A DNA stretch of 64,000 nt from Ophelia neglecta (GCA_965285935.1 OZ260663.1:89342001-89406000); one strand, 5' to 3'. Counted from the first letter of the stretch, positions 26,801 through 41,038 are shown. Numbers and translations: made by a program. Notes: generated by a model not told the origin, from the sequence alone.

Positions 26801-29800
26801 ACATATGATAAACATCCTAGTTTATGTTTATTACAATACGGTAGTAGGTGATTGGACCTTGGCGAAATCTCAACTTAGGAAGATTGATCAAATTGGTGGC
26901 TGACGTTATTTCATTGAAAAGTAGACGATGATGAAATAAGCCTACAAACTTAAGGTCAGAAACGCCTTCCTTAAGTCAACCGGTATTGCAGGCTAGTCAG
27001 GCTATTAAACATGCACGGCTACCAGCAATAGAATTTGCCAACAAATTGCCCATGACTGACAAACCAAAGTTATGTGTACTGGATCGCCCTTACATACAAC
27101 CGTTGACTTCAGGTCGTCCAAGTACAGATAACCCGGACAATTAATAAGCTTAAAATAAATCAGTTAGTTGCGATAAGCGAGTGAATTCACATCCCCAGAC
27201 GCCATTGGGTATATAAATGATGCCTGTCTTAGCTGGCACCGTCTTATCTGTGTCTGACATCTCAATGTAAACTTTACATAGTTAGATTGATATGTTTAAT
27301 ATTCCTTCGATGATGTTCCTATTTCATTTGGGTGATATTCGTTTATATTGTTCTTATTCATTTATTCTTTACCACTGCTTTTGATTGTTCTCAAACACAC
27401 AAACAACAGACGAAACAAATAATTAATCAATAATTATCAACACGGTCCGAATCCGCCAGGAACATTCAGTTGCATGCACACATACATCTATCCCCTGTAA
27501 ACAGGTTCCATACGTAATTCACAAAACTTACAGTGAGAAGCAATCGACAGGTTTCCATGATGTTAAGTCAACGCACAACACACACAAGCTTTCTAAACAG
27601 GTGAGGATGGAATATGCCTACTAGTTCGATTTTGAAATAAAATTTCAAATCTAATTAAATGAGAACCGATCTTAAGAGTCCATTGTAAATTGTTATATTT
27701 GCCTGTCACTTTAGTTAAAATCGGTGTGGAAATCAAAAGTATGAGTTAGTATAAAAGTATTGCCGATATAAACATTTAAATGAAAAACGGACTAGGAGCC
27801 AAAAGGCTAATAATGTCTCACTAATAACAAAAGATATTTACATGAGGTACGAAAATAGCTAATAACAAATATTAGTCGTGACATTATATACAAACACACA
27901 CATACACACGCGCACACACCCACTGTTCATTTAGAAGTCCAATTTTTGTATTTGAAAACGGATGACTACTTCCCTTGACAAACTCCATAATCAAGTTTAT
28001 TCTTATTATTTTACTTATGTTCATAATATTATAGGGCTTTGTTTTTTGCTCTGCATCATGCGGTTCTTAATGATTTTGATTTGATTCAGTTGATAAATGC
28101 CTACCATATACTTTAGATTATATACCAGACATGCACACCCATTTGCATGCAACCAGAACCTTTTGTGGTGCCGAGACCTTAACGTGTAAAGCCGGGTCAG
28201 ACAGACATCGAAATAAATTTACTAATACTAACAGAGCTCCCCAATGTGTATTGCATCTGAATTTGTTATTAGATTGACAGTTCTTCTTGCTATTGACTTC
28301 AGAGCATTGCAAAGCCAATAGCTTTGACAGGAGGTATTTCAGCGAGGATAGTTCACTAGCAAGACCGAAATGACTTTTAGTAACCTAAAATAATTCATTG
28401 TGTTGCGATAAATCAAGAAAACTTCACCTTAATAGCCGGCGTGGGGTGACAAGATTACAGTTCTTAAGATGCAGATGCTCACCATGAACTGATTCACCAT
28501 GAACTGACCATACAAAGTTCGGTGCTTAATGCTAGCAAAGAAATAGCCAGAAATTTAAAACTCAATCAAGACCTTTAATAAATGTAATTTAGAACCAACT
28601 TAACATTCCTATTTCAGTTTCATGCTTATCATGCGCCTTGTCAGGAAAAAAATTCAATTGTCAGGAAACAAAATTCGATTGCCCAATGGTTACTTCTAGT
28701 GTCCAATTCATCATTGGCGTGCTCATGTAGTATTACTACGACCGGAGTGTGAATGTTGGGGGCGATATATCTTGAAGGACTCTCATGCAATGTCAGGAGA
28801 TTCAACCAGGGCAATATGCCAAGCGACACGAAAGCAACTGTCGTGCCCTGCTCTTCCAAGTTGTGTTTTAGCTTTAATGTGTTATACAGCACTGTAACTA
28901 ATGAAAAGTGTTTCAATTGAAATATTTGCCCCTATTAATACTACAAATTGTTTCTCCTATTAGTACTAATATTTCCTATTCTCCCAAGGTCCCCCCTAGG
29001 GATATCTTCGATCGTATGTAACAACGTCTCTTCAATTGTACGAGAAAATTACCTAAAACGGAATGACGTTGATAAAAAAAGATGAATAATTCATATCTTT
29101 ATGTAAGACGCCATGTTTTTACGAGTCGATATCGAAAATGTGTGTTAAAAATGGTGAAATACTGGTTTAAACTTGTGTAAGAGGGCATATTAACTCTGAG
29201 TTGTTACTAAATGTCAAAACAATTTATGAAGCAGGTAGATTTAACTGGAATTTGAATGGCTGATAATTATTTATGACAATGACAAAAGAAGCATGTATGG
29301 AACATTTAAATATGAATTAATTAAAGAGGCCTAACTTGATATGTTTGCTGACATGTACCTGTAGGCCAGTGGACTAGTCAATTAAAATTTCTTATTAAAA
29401 TATATTACGCCTTTGAAAAAAAAATCAGTATCCAATTTATCATAGAAGTGTTCTTCATTGTGTATGTATGTGTGTGTGTGGGGGGGGGGGTGCTATTGGC
29501 AATATCTGGGTGTTCAATTCGTTCTCCGTGGGATGCAATGAAGATGGACGAATTACATTTCTTGTTAATTTGTGATAGGGTTGTGGACCTTAGTTGGCCT
29601 TTCTTAAACAGGGTATGTTCTTTAGTCCCTTTTCTATAGAGTTTCTGTCTTCCGAACATTACCTTCTTACCCCGTGGCTATCAGGTTTTATCTTGAATGC
29701 ATTCATTAAACGAGGATATATAATAAAGCCTCAGTTAATAGTTCGATGCATGTATCCTGACTGGAATAGTGTAAGATGTTAAAATGGGCCTACTCTTGTT

Positions 29801-30261
29801 TATCCTAATCATGTAGGACAAAATGATGCTGAACCACTTAATCGAGTCGTCAGATCTATGCATGCCTGCTGTCTGAACAACCTCCAGATAAATATATTAA
29901 CTCGTGCACGGATGATTTTTACATTTCGCTCGCTTTTTTTGCAACATAGATGCATTCACCTCACCCACCACAACCCCCCCCCCCCTCATCACCACTACCA
30001 CCAAAACGACCATCCCGCCCCGGCCCCTCTCAACAAACCCAAAGGAAAGAAAATTTCGCAATTTTAAATAGGTCTCATTTTAAGCTACTTACTCCCTTCA
30101 ATTCTTTTTAGCAGTCGTTAATATTTCTTTTTATGAACAATTTTTTCTGTATTAACAGTTATATTGTACATACATATATGTGATTTACACTGACATACGG
30201 GTAGGAAGCCAAAAAGTAAATAGTAAAAAAAAATGCCTAAAGTTAATGAAAATGGAATCAA

Positions 30262-30292
30262 ACACACACACACACACCCACACACACACAAT
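30262..30292. repeat. (CA)n microsatellite
   Basis: ACACACACACACACACCCACACACACACA; similar short tracts near 27895, 46763 and 60268. Confidence 0.85.
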
Positions 30293-32997
30293 CACAAGAT
30301 ACGAGAACGAGAAAGATTAAAACAAAAACAGAAAACGCCAACATATCTTGTCACTGAATACACCCATATTATTATGCAGTATTAGATTATAATGCAATTT
30401 TGTCTGGAAAATTAATCAATAATTGAACAAAGTTAAAATTAAAGCAAGTTAAAGTTAAAGGAAGCTTGCCCAAAATGCAACAATATAAATTATTTATACA
30501 AATTTAAAATACACTTTTGACACTATTGACACGACATACTTTTTTATATACACGATTTTCACTACTTTTTTAAGTGCGTCTATACTACTGAATTGTGCAA
30601 TATCGAGAAGGGATATCGTCACACATACCCATTATACAAATTACACGCCTTAACGACCGACTCCGGGCTTTCGCTAATGGCCCTGTGCGCTAGCAGTGAA
30701 AGGCGATTTCCTTTACACCTTAGTTCGCATGGGAAGGGACCTTTCCGTTCACATGCCGATCGCCCAGTTTCTCTGTCACATAAGAAATCCATCACATAAA
30801 TGTTATGTGCTGTACGGTACATCAGACGGGAAACACTTTGAGAGCTTCACCAGATGATACAGCTGACTGATGATATGCCTAATGGAATTCATAACATTTT
30901 AGTATAAAAATGCATGTCCTAATGGAGTAGCGATAGAGAGTAGCCGTTGTGTCAGATCAGTAACAAAGCAAAGCAGGAACGAAGGGAATGGCTTCCCCCT
31001 TGAACTGTTTTAGAACAAAAAATAAGCAACATCAAATTTCATAAAATAGTAATTGAAGAAAAAAGACAATTTGTTATAGTAAATGAACTAAGTCACACAG
31101 AATTCACGATTAGCTTTGGGCCACATTCAGCGACTGGTCTGTATCTAAAGTCTCTCACGTTGCTTAATTATGCACACTGAAAGATAAGCTAACCAGACTT
31201 TCTTGTTGGTAGGCATATTTGTTTTGTTAAAACACTTGCGCCGCCTGCGCATGCGTTAATGCCGGTTCACGTAATAATGACGTATCTTTGACGAAATTTA
31301 ATGAATAGCAGGTAATTTTATGAAATATTGTTGCTGTCCAAATGGTTGTAAATCAATTTTATGGATTACAGTTTGAAATCGCTAGTCCAGCATTTTAGCG
31401 GTATGAAGTTATTGTTGTATGCGTAATGGCGTTGATTTATTCTTTTTTAATTAAAGATTAACACATTATTTTCCAACGAAAACAAAATTTATTTAACAAG
31501 GAACATTAACAAACCCCATTTTAACAATCATTGGAAGAAATGGGTTTAAATTGTTATGACGGTAGGCTGTAAATGTACTTTTAAGGTTTTGTTTGGCATC
31601 TCCACATGTTAGCATACCGCGGTTACGCCAAACTGATTGTCTGAATAAGTTTATTAAGCTTATTTGTTCACCCAATGAAATAGGCTTATTTTACACTGGA
31701 TCATAATAACAGCTGAATATGTACAAGACATCTACTGTTCGGGAAAGCTTCCAATGTAGCGACATGGTATAGACGTTTTTGAATTTGATAATAACATTTT
31801 GTAAACTACACTGTGCATGTAATAAGACACGAGTAAATTCGTAAAATATTATTTAAAACATCCCTACAGGACATATTTATATACCATACCTAGCTTTGGC
31901 ATAGTCAATTGCAAACCTTTTCTAACCTGACAAATAATCTATCAGCGATAATCCAAACACTTCTTTGGCAGCTCTATATATATTTCAGAAATAGAAATGA
32001 ACAGTACAAGTTTTGGTCAGGCAAATACGCGTAAGTCCACGGGAGCATAATTGTTTTAGAGAATTGTACGGACACGGCAAATGCGGTACACGATGTTGCC
32101 TGTGATTTATGTGGTGAGTTATAAAGCAAATTAGATATGAAACGTAAAAAGGCTGAGGTTCGTAACATTGAAGCGTGTATTGTTATTACTTGGGTGATGT
32201 TATGTTTAATATATTTTGTTATATTGCAACTAGCAGCGCCCCGCCGATGACAGGTAGTCTTATTTTCGTACATGCAAAGTGAATCACTTCTTGTGCGAAA
32301 GAAAACAATCACTTTGTGAAAGTAGCCTGAAATAAGAACCTAGATTTATTGTTGGTTTTTCCCTGATATTCGTAAAAGGTAAAAATCTGACATTATTGCG
32401 GCACTTTTATCTTGGCTAGTCCCCATCCTCGCGAATATTAATTACCGTTATAGTATATTATTTTAGGATAGAAGCATATGAATTTACAATTTTAATGTTA
32501 CAAATGATACGTACGAAAATACATTTTCAGAAAAGATTCAAAAAATATATCAAATGCAACACACATAGCTTATAAGGTTATGAAGGAAAACATGCAACAG
32601 CACATGAAAATATACAATATTTAATCATTTTTTTAATTACTCATTCAAAACGTGCCTGTCTCCTTATCACTGAGAGCGCGATGTTCATGACTTCACAATC
32701 CAATTCAAGCGTTCACCGAACATAAACTTACGTTACCCTGATCCACTGTCGACAGTTACATATATATTATAAAACAATAGAATTGCACATTACGTTTGCA
32801 ATTTAAATACATTGTCAATTAACAAACACATTGAAGTCCAAACAATGATCATGAGTGGGTGTTTTACCGTTCGTAACAAATTCCCTTACTTGGTCATTCT
32901 TTGCCATTACATAGGGCAATGTAGTTAACACGACACAAACACCTGACATATATTGACGAGACGGTATGACTGATAAAGTAGTGGGACGATGTACCAT

Positions 32998-35900
32998 TTA
33001 ATAAGCTAATGCACAACTTTCTTTACAGTCTAAGGTCACAGTTGAAAAAGACGTTGATCCATCAATTCCACTGAAGGAGGTGCTTCGTGCCATACCATTT
33101 TGCGACCGCGAACCCATGTCAAAGTTCAAGGTCGCCAAACTAGGGCGTCTGCAGTACTTGGTAGGGTCACAGTTGCAATTATCAATGAACGATGTGCGCA
33201 TGCTCCTGCGGATGTTCTTCGACATGAATGAGTATATTATAGGGTTTATACAGCTTTGAATAAAGGGCAGCAGATGAATCAAGAGCTGAAAAGTTAATTA
33301 TTCAAATGTAACCATCCTAGATATGCAATAGTCTTCTGAGATATAACACAAAGTTTGGTCTCGCTAGATTGGTCGAATATATACAACATTTGCGAACAGT
33401 TACTTTGGCGGGGCCCAGAAAGGCACTGTGAATGATTCGCTGTATATAAATCGTTAATGAGTTATAAAATATAACCATAACAGGGTAAGATATCAGATAT
33501 TGTATATAGTAACTATATTATAACCATGATGGTTCGCCATTATTATTATTATTATTATTATTATTATGATCCAAAATGCTTCAAGCGTATGTAGTATGGT
33601 CAACGCGTGTCTTTTCATCAATGTCAGTACCAGTTTGGGTCCCCAACAGAAGAAGAATATCCCAATGATTGTCAACAGCATCTTTATTACCTAATCAATC
33701 ACCAGCGTGCGTTTGATTATAATGAGTGTATACGTCACTTTGAAACTAATTTAAAAAGTAACGTCATAGAAAGCCTTATGGCATTACACTCCTTTTCCAT
33801 TTAAATACTGGTATATTATTTGTTATTGTCAAAAAAGAGTAAAATACATGATGACATGAGTATTGTCCTCTCGATGATCCATGATAATCTGATTTACACT
33901 GTTATATAAATCCTTTGGGGATTCGTACCTGTTTTCTTGCCTCCCTGATCACGGCGCTGTGATCCCGGCCTGAATCATTGGATGACATTCCAACCTTTCC
34001 GACAGCTTTAGAACTCGACACTGTAAGCCTTTGTCTGCTTTCGTCAGACTCTTGAGCTACTGTGGTGTTGCTAGTTAAAGATCAAACTTACTTTGTACAT
34101 ATGATAACTAACGCCATCTTCTTTTATAATAATATTCTACTTTGATAATACTTTGTTTATTCAGAATTTAACTCTTTTTGTCTGGAAAGTTATAGCTCAG
34201 TGAAAATCTAAGACAATAACCTTGTGCTCTGAGTCATTTCTGCGAGCATCTTGTTGCTGACCCATAGGACCCGGATGACCATTGCGTAACAGACGATCAT
34301 GACAAACACCGGAAGTATGAACATTACAAACAGCTGGTACCAGGCAAACAATATCCGGTCAGTGTTAGACCTAATGTAATTTTCTGCGCATATCATAATA
34401 ACAACACTGCTCTGATTGTTATAGAATTGAGTCGTTTCCGTGTCCTGCCAATAGAAGATTGGGCCTTAGATACACAATAATAACCAGGACCGTGATTGTG
34501 GATAACGGCACTCAAGCACGACAAACAAGACAACACAGGTTTTTACACTTCACACGAGTGGATATGTATTAAATATAAAGAATTAGGCAGACAGCAGATG
34601 TAAAATACCGGTTATCAAGGGAAAATATACCAATGAAAGTCAGGCCTACATATAGACAAAACTAGACAAACAAATGATTATACTGATATTGAACACATGT
34701 ATCTATAGTCAATTATAAATTTGTTTGTTTTTAATACATACTCATCCAACATAGCTCACTTCAAGCTCCCGCCCTAAAACCTAAACATTACGTTGCTATT
34801 AGGAAGAACCATTATAGCAAAAGAGCGTGTTGTGTTTTCATCGCAGCATCTCAAAAACCAAAATATATTGTGCTATCGGAAAAGTTCAAAGAGGACTATC
34901 AAAGCTGAAAGTTGTATTGCTGAAGCAGTATTATCTAAACAGAATTTATTCAATTTAGTTCTAAGTGTGTGTACTGTGGTTCTGGAGAGAGCTAACATGA
35001 CGTTAAGTCCTACATTTACAGGTTAATGTTTGGGCCTTTGAAACTAGTCATAAAAATGCTAAGATGTAATTCAAATAACCGACCACGAGGGAAACATTTC
35101 ATATTGAGTCAGGGGGGTTCGCTTTGGTACATTTATAATACCATCATTTTATGCTGACATTTAACATGCAAATATATCTTACCCCAGGAAGCAGGATATA
35201 TGCTTGTCCGCATTGGCCCCTTGTACGGCCAATAGGTTGGGTAATTTGGTTTACACTGCAGTATAAAACGAAGACTTACCATAATAAGCAAAGCTGGGGA
35301 AGCCAGAAGAAGGGACGCGACCCAGACACATACAATGAACTTCACGGATTTCCCCATAGTACAATACAGTCGTGCTCTCATTGGGTGGACAATCACTATG
35401 TATCTATAAAATGTGGGAACAGAAATATGCTGTTAATGTCTTCATATTAGATATGTCAATCCTTTTAGACGGAACTTTGTTTGATGCTATGTGCAGGGTA
35501 ATGTAAGTAGAATTTTCATTAGTTATATCAGTGTACACTTTAACTTGAAATAATTTGTCAGAAAGGTTTAATGCCGTTAAACATCAATTCCTTAATCTTT
35601 TATTTTTATCAAATTGTATTTATTCTTTTTTATAGATCCTATATCAAATAAGCTGGCTATTGTTTAAACGCGTAGGCTAGGCGGAGGCGGAGGTCATGGT
35701 TATTTCTAAAAAGCACAGACCAAAAGATTCGTCAGCAAGGCTCGGGTAAATCGTGTGGTTCATTTTTACGGTTAGGAAGAGGGCGAGGGCAAGGTTATAG
35801 ATGTCAAGTGTTGTGGCATAATCTCGGAATTCACATTCACCAGGCTCCGCGCCTCCGCTTTTAATCAAAAGCCAAATAGCCAATTAGTTCAATCACGACC

Positions 35901-37524
35901 CACCCACCGTCAATGCTAAGGCTGGAGAAAGATGTCGACATTTCATAATACGAATAGTCCTTAAGCGACGACTTCAAAACTTATACTGGATTGATAATTT
36001 GTTGTAGCAGCTATGTGGCTAAAAGTAATATTCGGCTCCCTTCATGCAACATATAAATTCAAAATAAGCGTAGCGTTGGCATTCAGTATGTGGCTGTTCA
36101 TGAACGGTAGTAAAGAGCAAATACATGACATGAGAAAGGGATAATACGGCTTTGTGTTAACGGCGAAAGCGAAAGCTTAGGCGAAAGGACTGGAAAACAA
36201 TAATTTAAAATATCAGTTATTTTATCACCCAACCCTAACCCAGACATCTCAATTTTGTTTCTGATATGAATGGGCAAGGGTAGGCTTATTATTGTGTTCT
36301 TATTAGCTCAATCCATGCGGCTTTCGCCGAAGCTTTCGCTTTCGCCGTTAGCACGAAGCCGAAAGTACTTGATAGAAAGATAATCACATATGTATTGGAT
36401 GAAATAAGTTTAGAGTGGTATTCTAGCCACCTAGCTGAAACACTATCCTTATCCCTAAAGGTGCGTATCATTCCCTCGTTTCTTGTTTTTTTTTCGCGTA
36501 TCGAACTTTACAACGTGCTGTTTTGCTATGGACTTCTTACATGTTCTTCATACATTTGGATATATCTAAGCTTTTTGTAAGGAAACCTGTCAAATATAAC
36601 CCATCGTCCCACTTAGAAACAAGACGCTGGCAAACATTGCCATTGGCGGCTGACGCACCTATAGAAAGGCCCCTTATTTAGTGTCATGCTTGGTCGCATG
36701 CGCAAACACATAAATAATTACTAGTATCTATATATCTCATTGACACGGAATACTTTCCTAATAAAAAGGAGAGGGAATGGTGTGGGATTTAATGGCGTTT
36801 GTTGATTAGTTTGCTGATGCCTAGTTTGACGAACCATGTATTGTTGAGCAACATAAGACATCGATATTAACATTATTTTCGTCAGGTTGTGGCAAGCTAT
36901 GTGGTTATTGAAGCGCAAACTGTATATTCTGATAAGTTTGTACTTTGTTGTTGGATTTAATGAATAAATATGCAGGCCTGATTCCAGCAAGAAACCATGT
37001 AACGGGAATCACCTCAAGCTATACCTTTGAAGTTAGATTCTGATTTTATCGTTGTAAGCAGACCTTTTAAATTAGATGCTAACGTGCCAAACGTACCTTT
37101 CAATACTGACCGCTGTCAGATTGAGGACAGATGCCACAGCTGACAGCATTTCCACGAATCTAGCCAGTTTACAAAGTATTCTACCGCCGGTCCAATAATT
37201 CAGGAATTTCTCTGCTGTCTCGTACGGCACACACACGAGAAGAAAAACGAGATCAGCAATAGCGAGGCTCACCAGAAACGATGACGTCACATTGCGGGCC
37301 TTACGGTCACCAAGCAGGCCAAAGATTACTAGTCCGTTTCCGACTATGCCCAATGTGAAAGTAAGTCCGTAGGTAAGTATGCTAGGGATGAAGGTAATAT
37401 CATTATGCCAATTCGCTTTGACACCACTCAAGTCTTCTAGATAATAAACATTGTCATACATGCTGATCCCCTCTGCGGTCGTCATATCCTGCTTGGTCTC
37501 GATTGTGGATTGGACATCCATCAT
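32998..37524 (-). CDS. Class A neuropeptide-type GPCR, paralog B (~443 aa ancestral), exon 5 interrupted by a 40-bp insertion (possibly a disrupted allele)
   Basis: Exons 37524-37097, 35403-35280, 34444-34221, 34070-33929, 33690-33525 (126 nt plus 40-nt insert), 33285-32998. Exons 2 (124 nt) and 4 (142 nt) equal paralog A in length and all phases match. Motifs SLAIADL, YWTGG..CKL, SIERY, FAWYQL.VMFILP, FCWGP, QSCINPIIY, MSKNIR. Confidence 0.88.
33531..33570 (+). mobile_element. 40-bp insertion GGTTCGCC(ATT)n with ATGAT target-site duplication
   Basis: ATGAT at 33526-33530 and 33566-33570 brackets GGTTCGCC plus nine ATT units; removing 40 nt restores a 126-nt exon equal in length to paralog A exon 5. 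Confidence 0.6.
35675..35860. mobile_element. Short inverted-repeat element with GGTTAGG-like core (HINE/MITE-like)
   Basis: GCGGAGGCGGAGG and CTCCGCGCCTCCGC arms around GGTTAGGAAGAGGGCGAGGGCAAGGTTA; intron 1 of GPCR B. Confidence 0.35.
36147..36361. mobile_element. Fold-back non-autonomous element with 41-bp inverted arms
   Basis: 36147-36187 CGGCTTTGTGTTAACGGCGAAAGCGAAAGCTTAGGCGAAAG is the reverse complement of 36321-36361 with 3 mismatches; central CCCAACCCTAACCC; intron 1 of GPCR B. Confidence 0.75.
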
Positions 37525-38912
37525 GAAGCGTATATAACATTAAAGTTGTGATAACCAATGTAACAGGTAATATTTGCGTCAGAAAACCACATCAAATGCA
37601 GCTGTAAAACACACAGCACGCCCTTACGCAATCACATTTATCCGTAAGTTATCACGATCATCTTCTAAGGCTAGTTTGGTTGTACATCGTCACACTCTGA
37701 TAAATTTGAGGAAGGAGATTATACAATCCATCCTCTATCAGACAATTTCGGAACAAGCATAGTTCCTTTCCAGTATGCACATGGTGAAATTTTGAAAACC
37801 CGCACTTGCCTGGTCTAACATATGAATTGCGGCAACGCGCTAACGTGCAGTTCAAGTAATGGCCTCCAAATTTTCATCGGTCCTGCTGCCATGGGAGACG
37901 TCTTATGCCAGTGCCCATCGCTCATGCCATCGGACAAATGAAGGCACATCTTATAAACACACAGACAAGTAAGACCGCTCAACACCAGTGTTCAGGAGAG
38001 GCGTCGATCACTAAGTGCAGAGCACTCTCTGCAGTCCCAGCTGGGGCCAGCAGCCATTCGTTTATAAATACAATGACCTTTAAAAGGTATCCAGCGTTTT
38101 CAATAAACTGTGGAAAACGCTATTTATGCCATGTGCAGTAACCACCGGGGGAAACGAAGAGTAAAAAATGCAGTGTAGAAAGTTGTTCTCCTTTTGGCTT
38201 TATACTTTACAAAGGCCAGCCACGCTCTATTCATCAATCTAATTTATTCGGCGCCTAAACTTTTAAATATAATTCAGAAATATTGAATGCCCCTTTCAAA
38301 GCCGTTCGGGTGTATACATCTTCTCTTGTTTCCGATTGGACTAAACTATATGTATTTGTCGTTTTATTTTCTTTACAATTAAAGAAATACACTGTAGGTG
38401 TAAGGTAAAACCCGTGACTGACCTTTAGGGGGTATCCAACCTTGCAAATGAAGGCAGCTGAACAGTGTCGGGCCACTCAGGGTCGTATGGTTGTCGCGAT
38501 ACGTGTAGTTAACCAATTACTAACCAAATACATTCAGTAGGCTGTTATAAAAGCAGTCAACATACATAATATGCAGAGCCGCTCGCTATGTTTTATGTTT
38601 ATACTGTCATGGTCAGCCTAAACTATGTTAAACTATTATTTATTTAAATTTTAAATAATTGCTCCTTTCAATGACATTATTAGTGAACATTTGCAACGAA
38701 TTCGGTATTATTATATTACATATTCCGGTCGTTCAATTGATTTTGTTCCATTTGTAAACCCGATCCTTCAGCACGAATTGCTGATGCGTGGGTCATGACA
38801 GCATGCAAATCGAAATTCAGAATTTACGATGTGCAAGTATTTGTTCATTAATTCGACATTTTAAATGATTTTGCGCAGGTTTCCTACAGCAACGTCCAGT
38901 CAGATCGTAATC

Positions 38913-39020
38913 GGATACTTTGGTCCAAACATGTCGGTCCCGGAATTTTTGATCCTGGACACTTTCGTCAAGGGTTTTTGTGGTACAACATAATTATGGG
39001 GACATATTGGTCCCTGGTAT
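38913..39020. repeat. Degenerate short tandem repeat (GGACAC/TTTGGTCC-like units)
   Basis: Recurrent ggatactttggtcc, acatgtcggtcc, ggacactttcgtc and ggacatattggtcc units. Confidence 0.45.
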
Positions 39021-39558
39021 TCATTTTATGTTTAAGTAAAAAAAAAGTTCGTATGTAGATTAATTACACTTGCGCTGACGCTCGCTTAGCTGGTCTCATT
39101 ACGCATACTGTCATTTATCTCATTTTTCCAGAAATATATATAATTGAAATAATTGACCATGTAAATAGTTTAACAGACATAAAGTATGTAAAAATTATGA
39201 TTTTTATATTTCAACCATATATAGACATGCCTATGATATGCATATGGGAATGCCCCTATGAAGGAAAACGATATAATATTCTAATTATTCTGGTTATTTT
39301 CCAAGAAACAAGCTATAGGATTTCAGCTGATTTTGAAGTCTTGGCTTTTGCAGTAGATCATTGTACTGGCCCGTTGTCAACACGCAATTTTTTTGTCTAA
39401 TTGTCTCGGAATAAATGATATAAAAGTCATTGACCACTGTTATTTTTGTATGCAGTACACCCACACGTAATATCAAAGATCATTGCGTATGATTGTTAAA
39501 CTATTTCCATGGAACACAATTGGTGTTGAGGCTTGTAATTTGACCAGTTAAGCATAGT

Positions 39559-39667
39559 TTGTTTAGCAAAATTCAGATTAGCAAGCGTGTTCCCTTCTAC
39601 ATGTACACCATAATTGGTTTAGCATAATTCAGATTACCAAGCATGTTTTTCTTCTGCGTGTACACCT
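39559..39667. repeat. Diverged tandem duplication (2 x ~56 bp)
   Basis: GTTTAGCA(A/T)AATTCAGATTA(G/C)CAAGC...TGTACACC occurs twice head to tail. Confidence 0.75.
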
Positions 39668-41038
39668 TAAACATGACTTGATTAAATACACATGTTCTAA
39701 TATTACTACCTGCTCGTTATACTTATATGTATGTTGTTTATATTATGTCGTATTGTAATGCATTTAAATCCTAAAATGTCGACTCATGTCATCCCGGAAA
39801 GCGGTGTAACTGCAATTATTCAGATGCAAATTAGCATAGAAATACATTCCACAGATCACATTCAAATTGGTCTATTGTACAGTTTATGCCTTAACATAAA
39901 TAAAGATATTTGAGATGAATAAATATTTCCTCGGTCGTAAACAGCTACCAATTATATAATCGCAATTAATTTGGATCATCGGTTTATGTTGGTATAAACA
40001 ATGTACTGTCTTTATAAAAGTCTATTGTTTGTGTGAGACCTAGTATTGGATATTCTTAGCTTGATTTCCAATAGATTAAGCTGTGCATTAATTATGCAAT
40101 TCAACTTTAGATCTAGGCATGTTTCCACTGGGATGCGGCGTCTTGAGTATTTATTTCCACAAATATATTCGATAAACGTCATTCGTTCGTTCAGTGTTGT
40201 GAAAGTCCCCTGTATTTCACACAATAATTGGGAACATGGTTGAAAACTTTAATGGAATATATTATACGTTGGATTCATAGCTTGAATAAGTTTATTTATT
40301 ATCAACGTTAAATGATATAAAAAAATCAGTGTTATATATTTATAAAGGTGTATAATTCAACATGAATAAAATATAATCAAAAGTTGAATTACATTTTAAA
40401 TAATACACGAGGAGTTACACATGTTCATGGTGGACCTTCCATGATCAGTCTCGAACCAGAACATTATATAAATTCATCTCCTACATGATTCATAGGATAT
40501 TACTTATCACTTGCTACTTTGTGTTGTACATTCCGGCTAGCAAGGGGTATTATACAAAATAAACATATTTAACATATATCTTATCATGACATAATATTAG
40601 TAATAGTTTAAACGCTATGAATGATACAACATATATTAAACACTAATCATGGTGTAGACCGCATCCAAAAGAAGCCACTTGTTATCGACCACAAGGAGGA
40701 GATTTCGGATATCCGTCGGACAAAAACATAAACACCAATTGCAAAGATGGCAAGCAAATGATCACGTATATTAATAACAATGAATTACTTTTCTTATGAT
40801 TAGTCAATTGATATACACTGAAAGGTATATGAGGGGGGGAAATAAGAGGAATGAGTTTTCCAATATTATTATAAAGAGCAACTATTAAAGAGTAGGTAAA
40901 TTGTTGCCTTTGTTCGCTGTATATATTTGAAGCAAAACTTAATGAATAGTCCATCATAGCATATTATCGTCACCAATATCTTCATTTTGACACATTCTCT
41001 TGGGCTTCAGGTCCAGATTTCATGTCTTCATCATGTAC

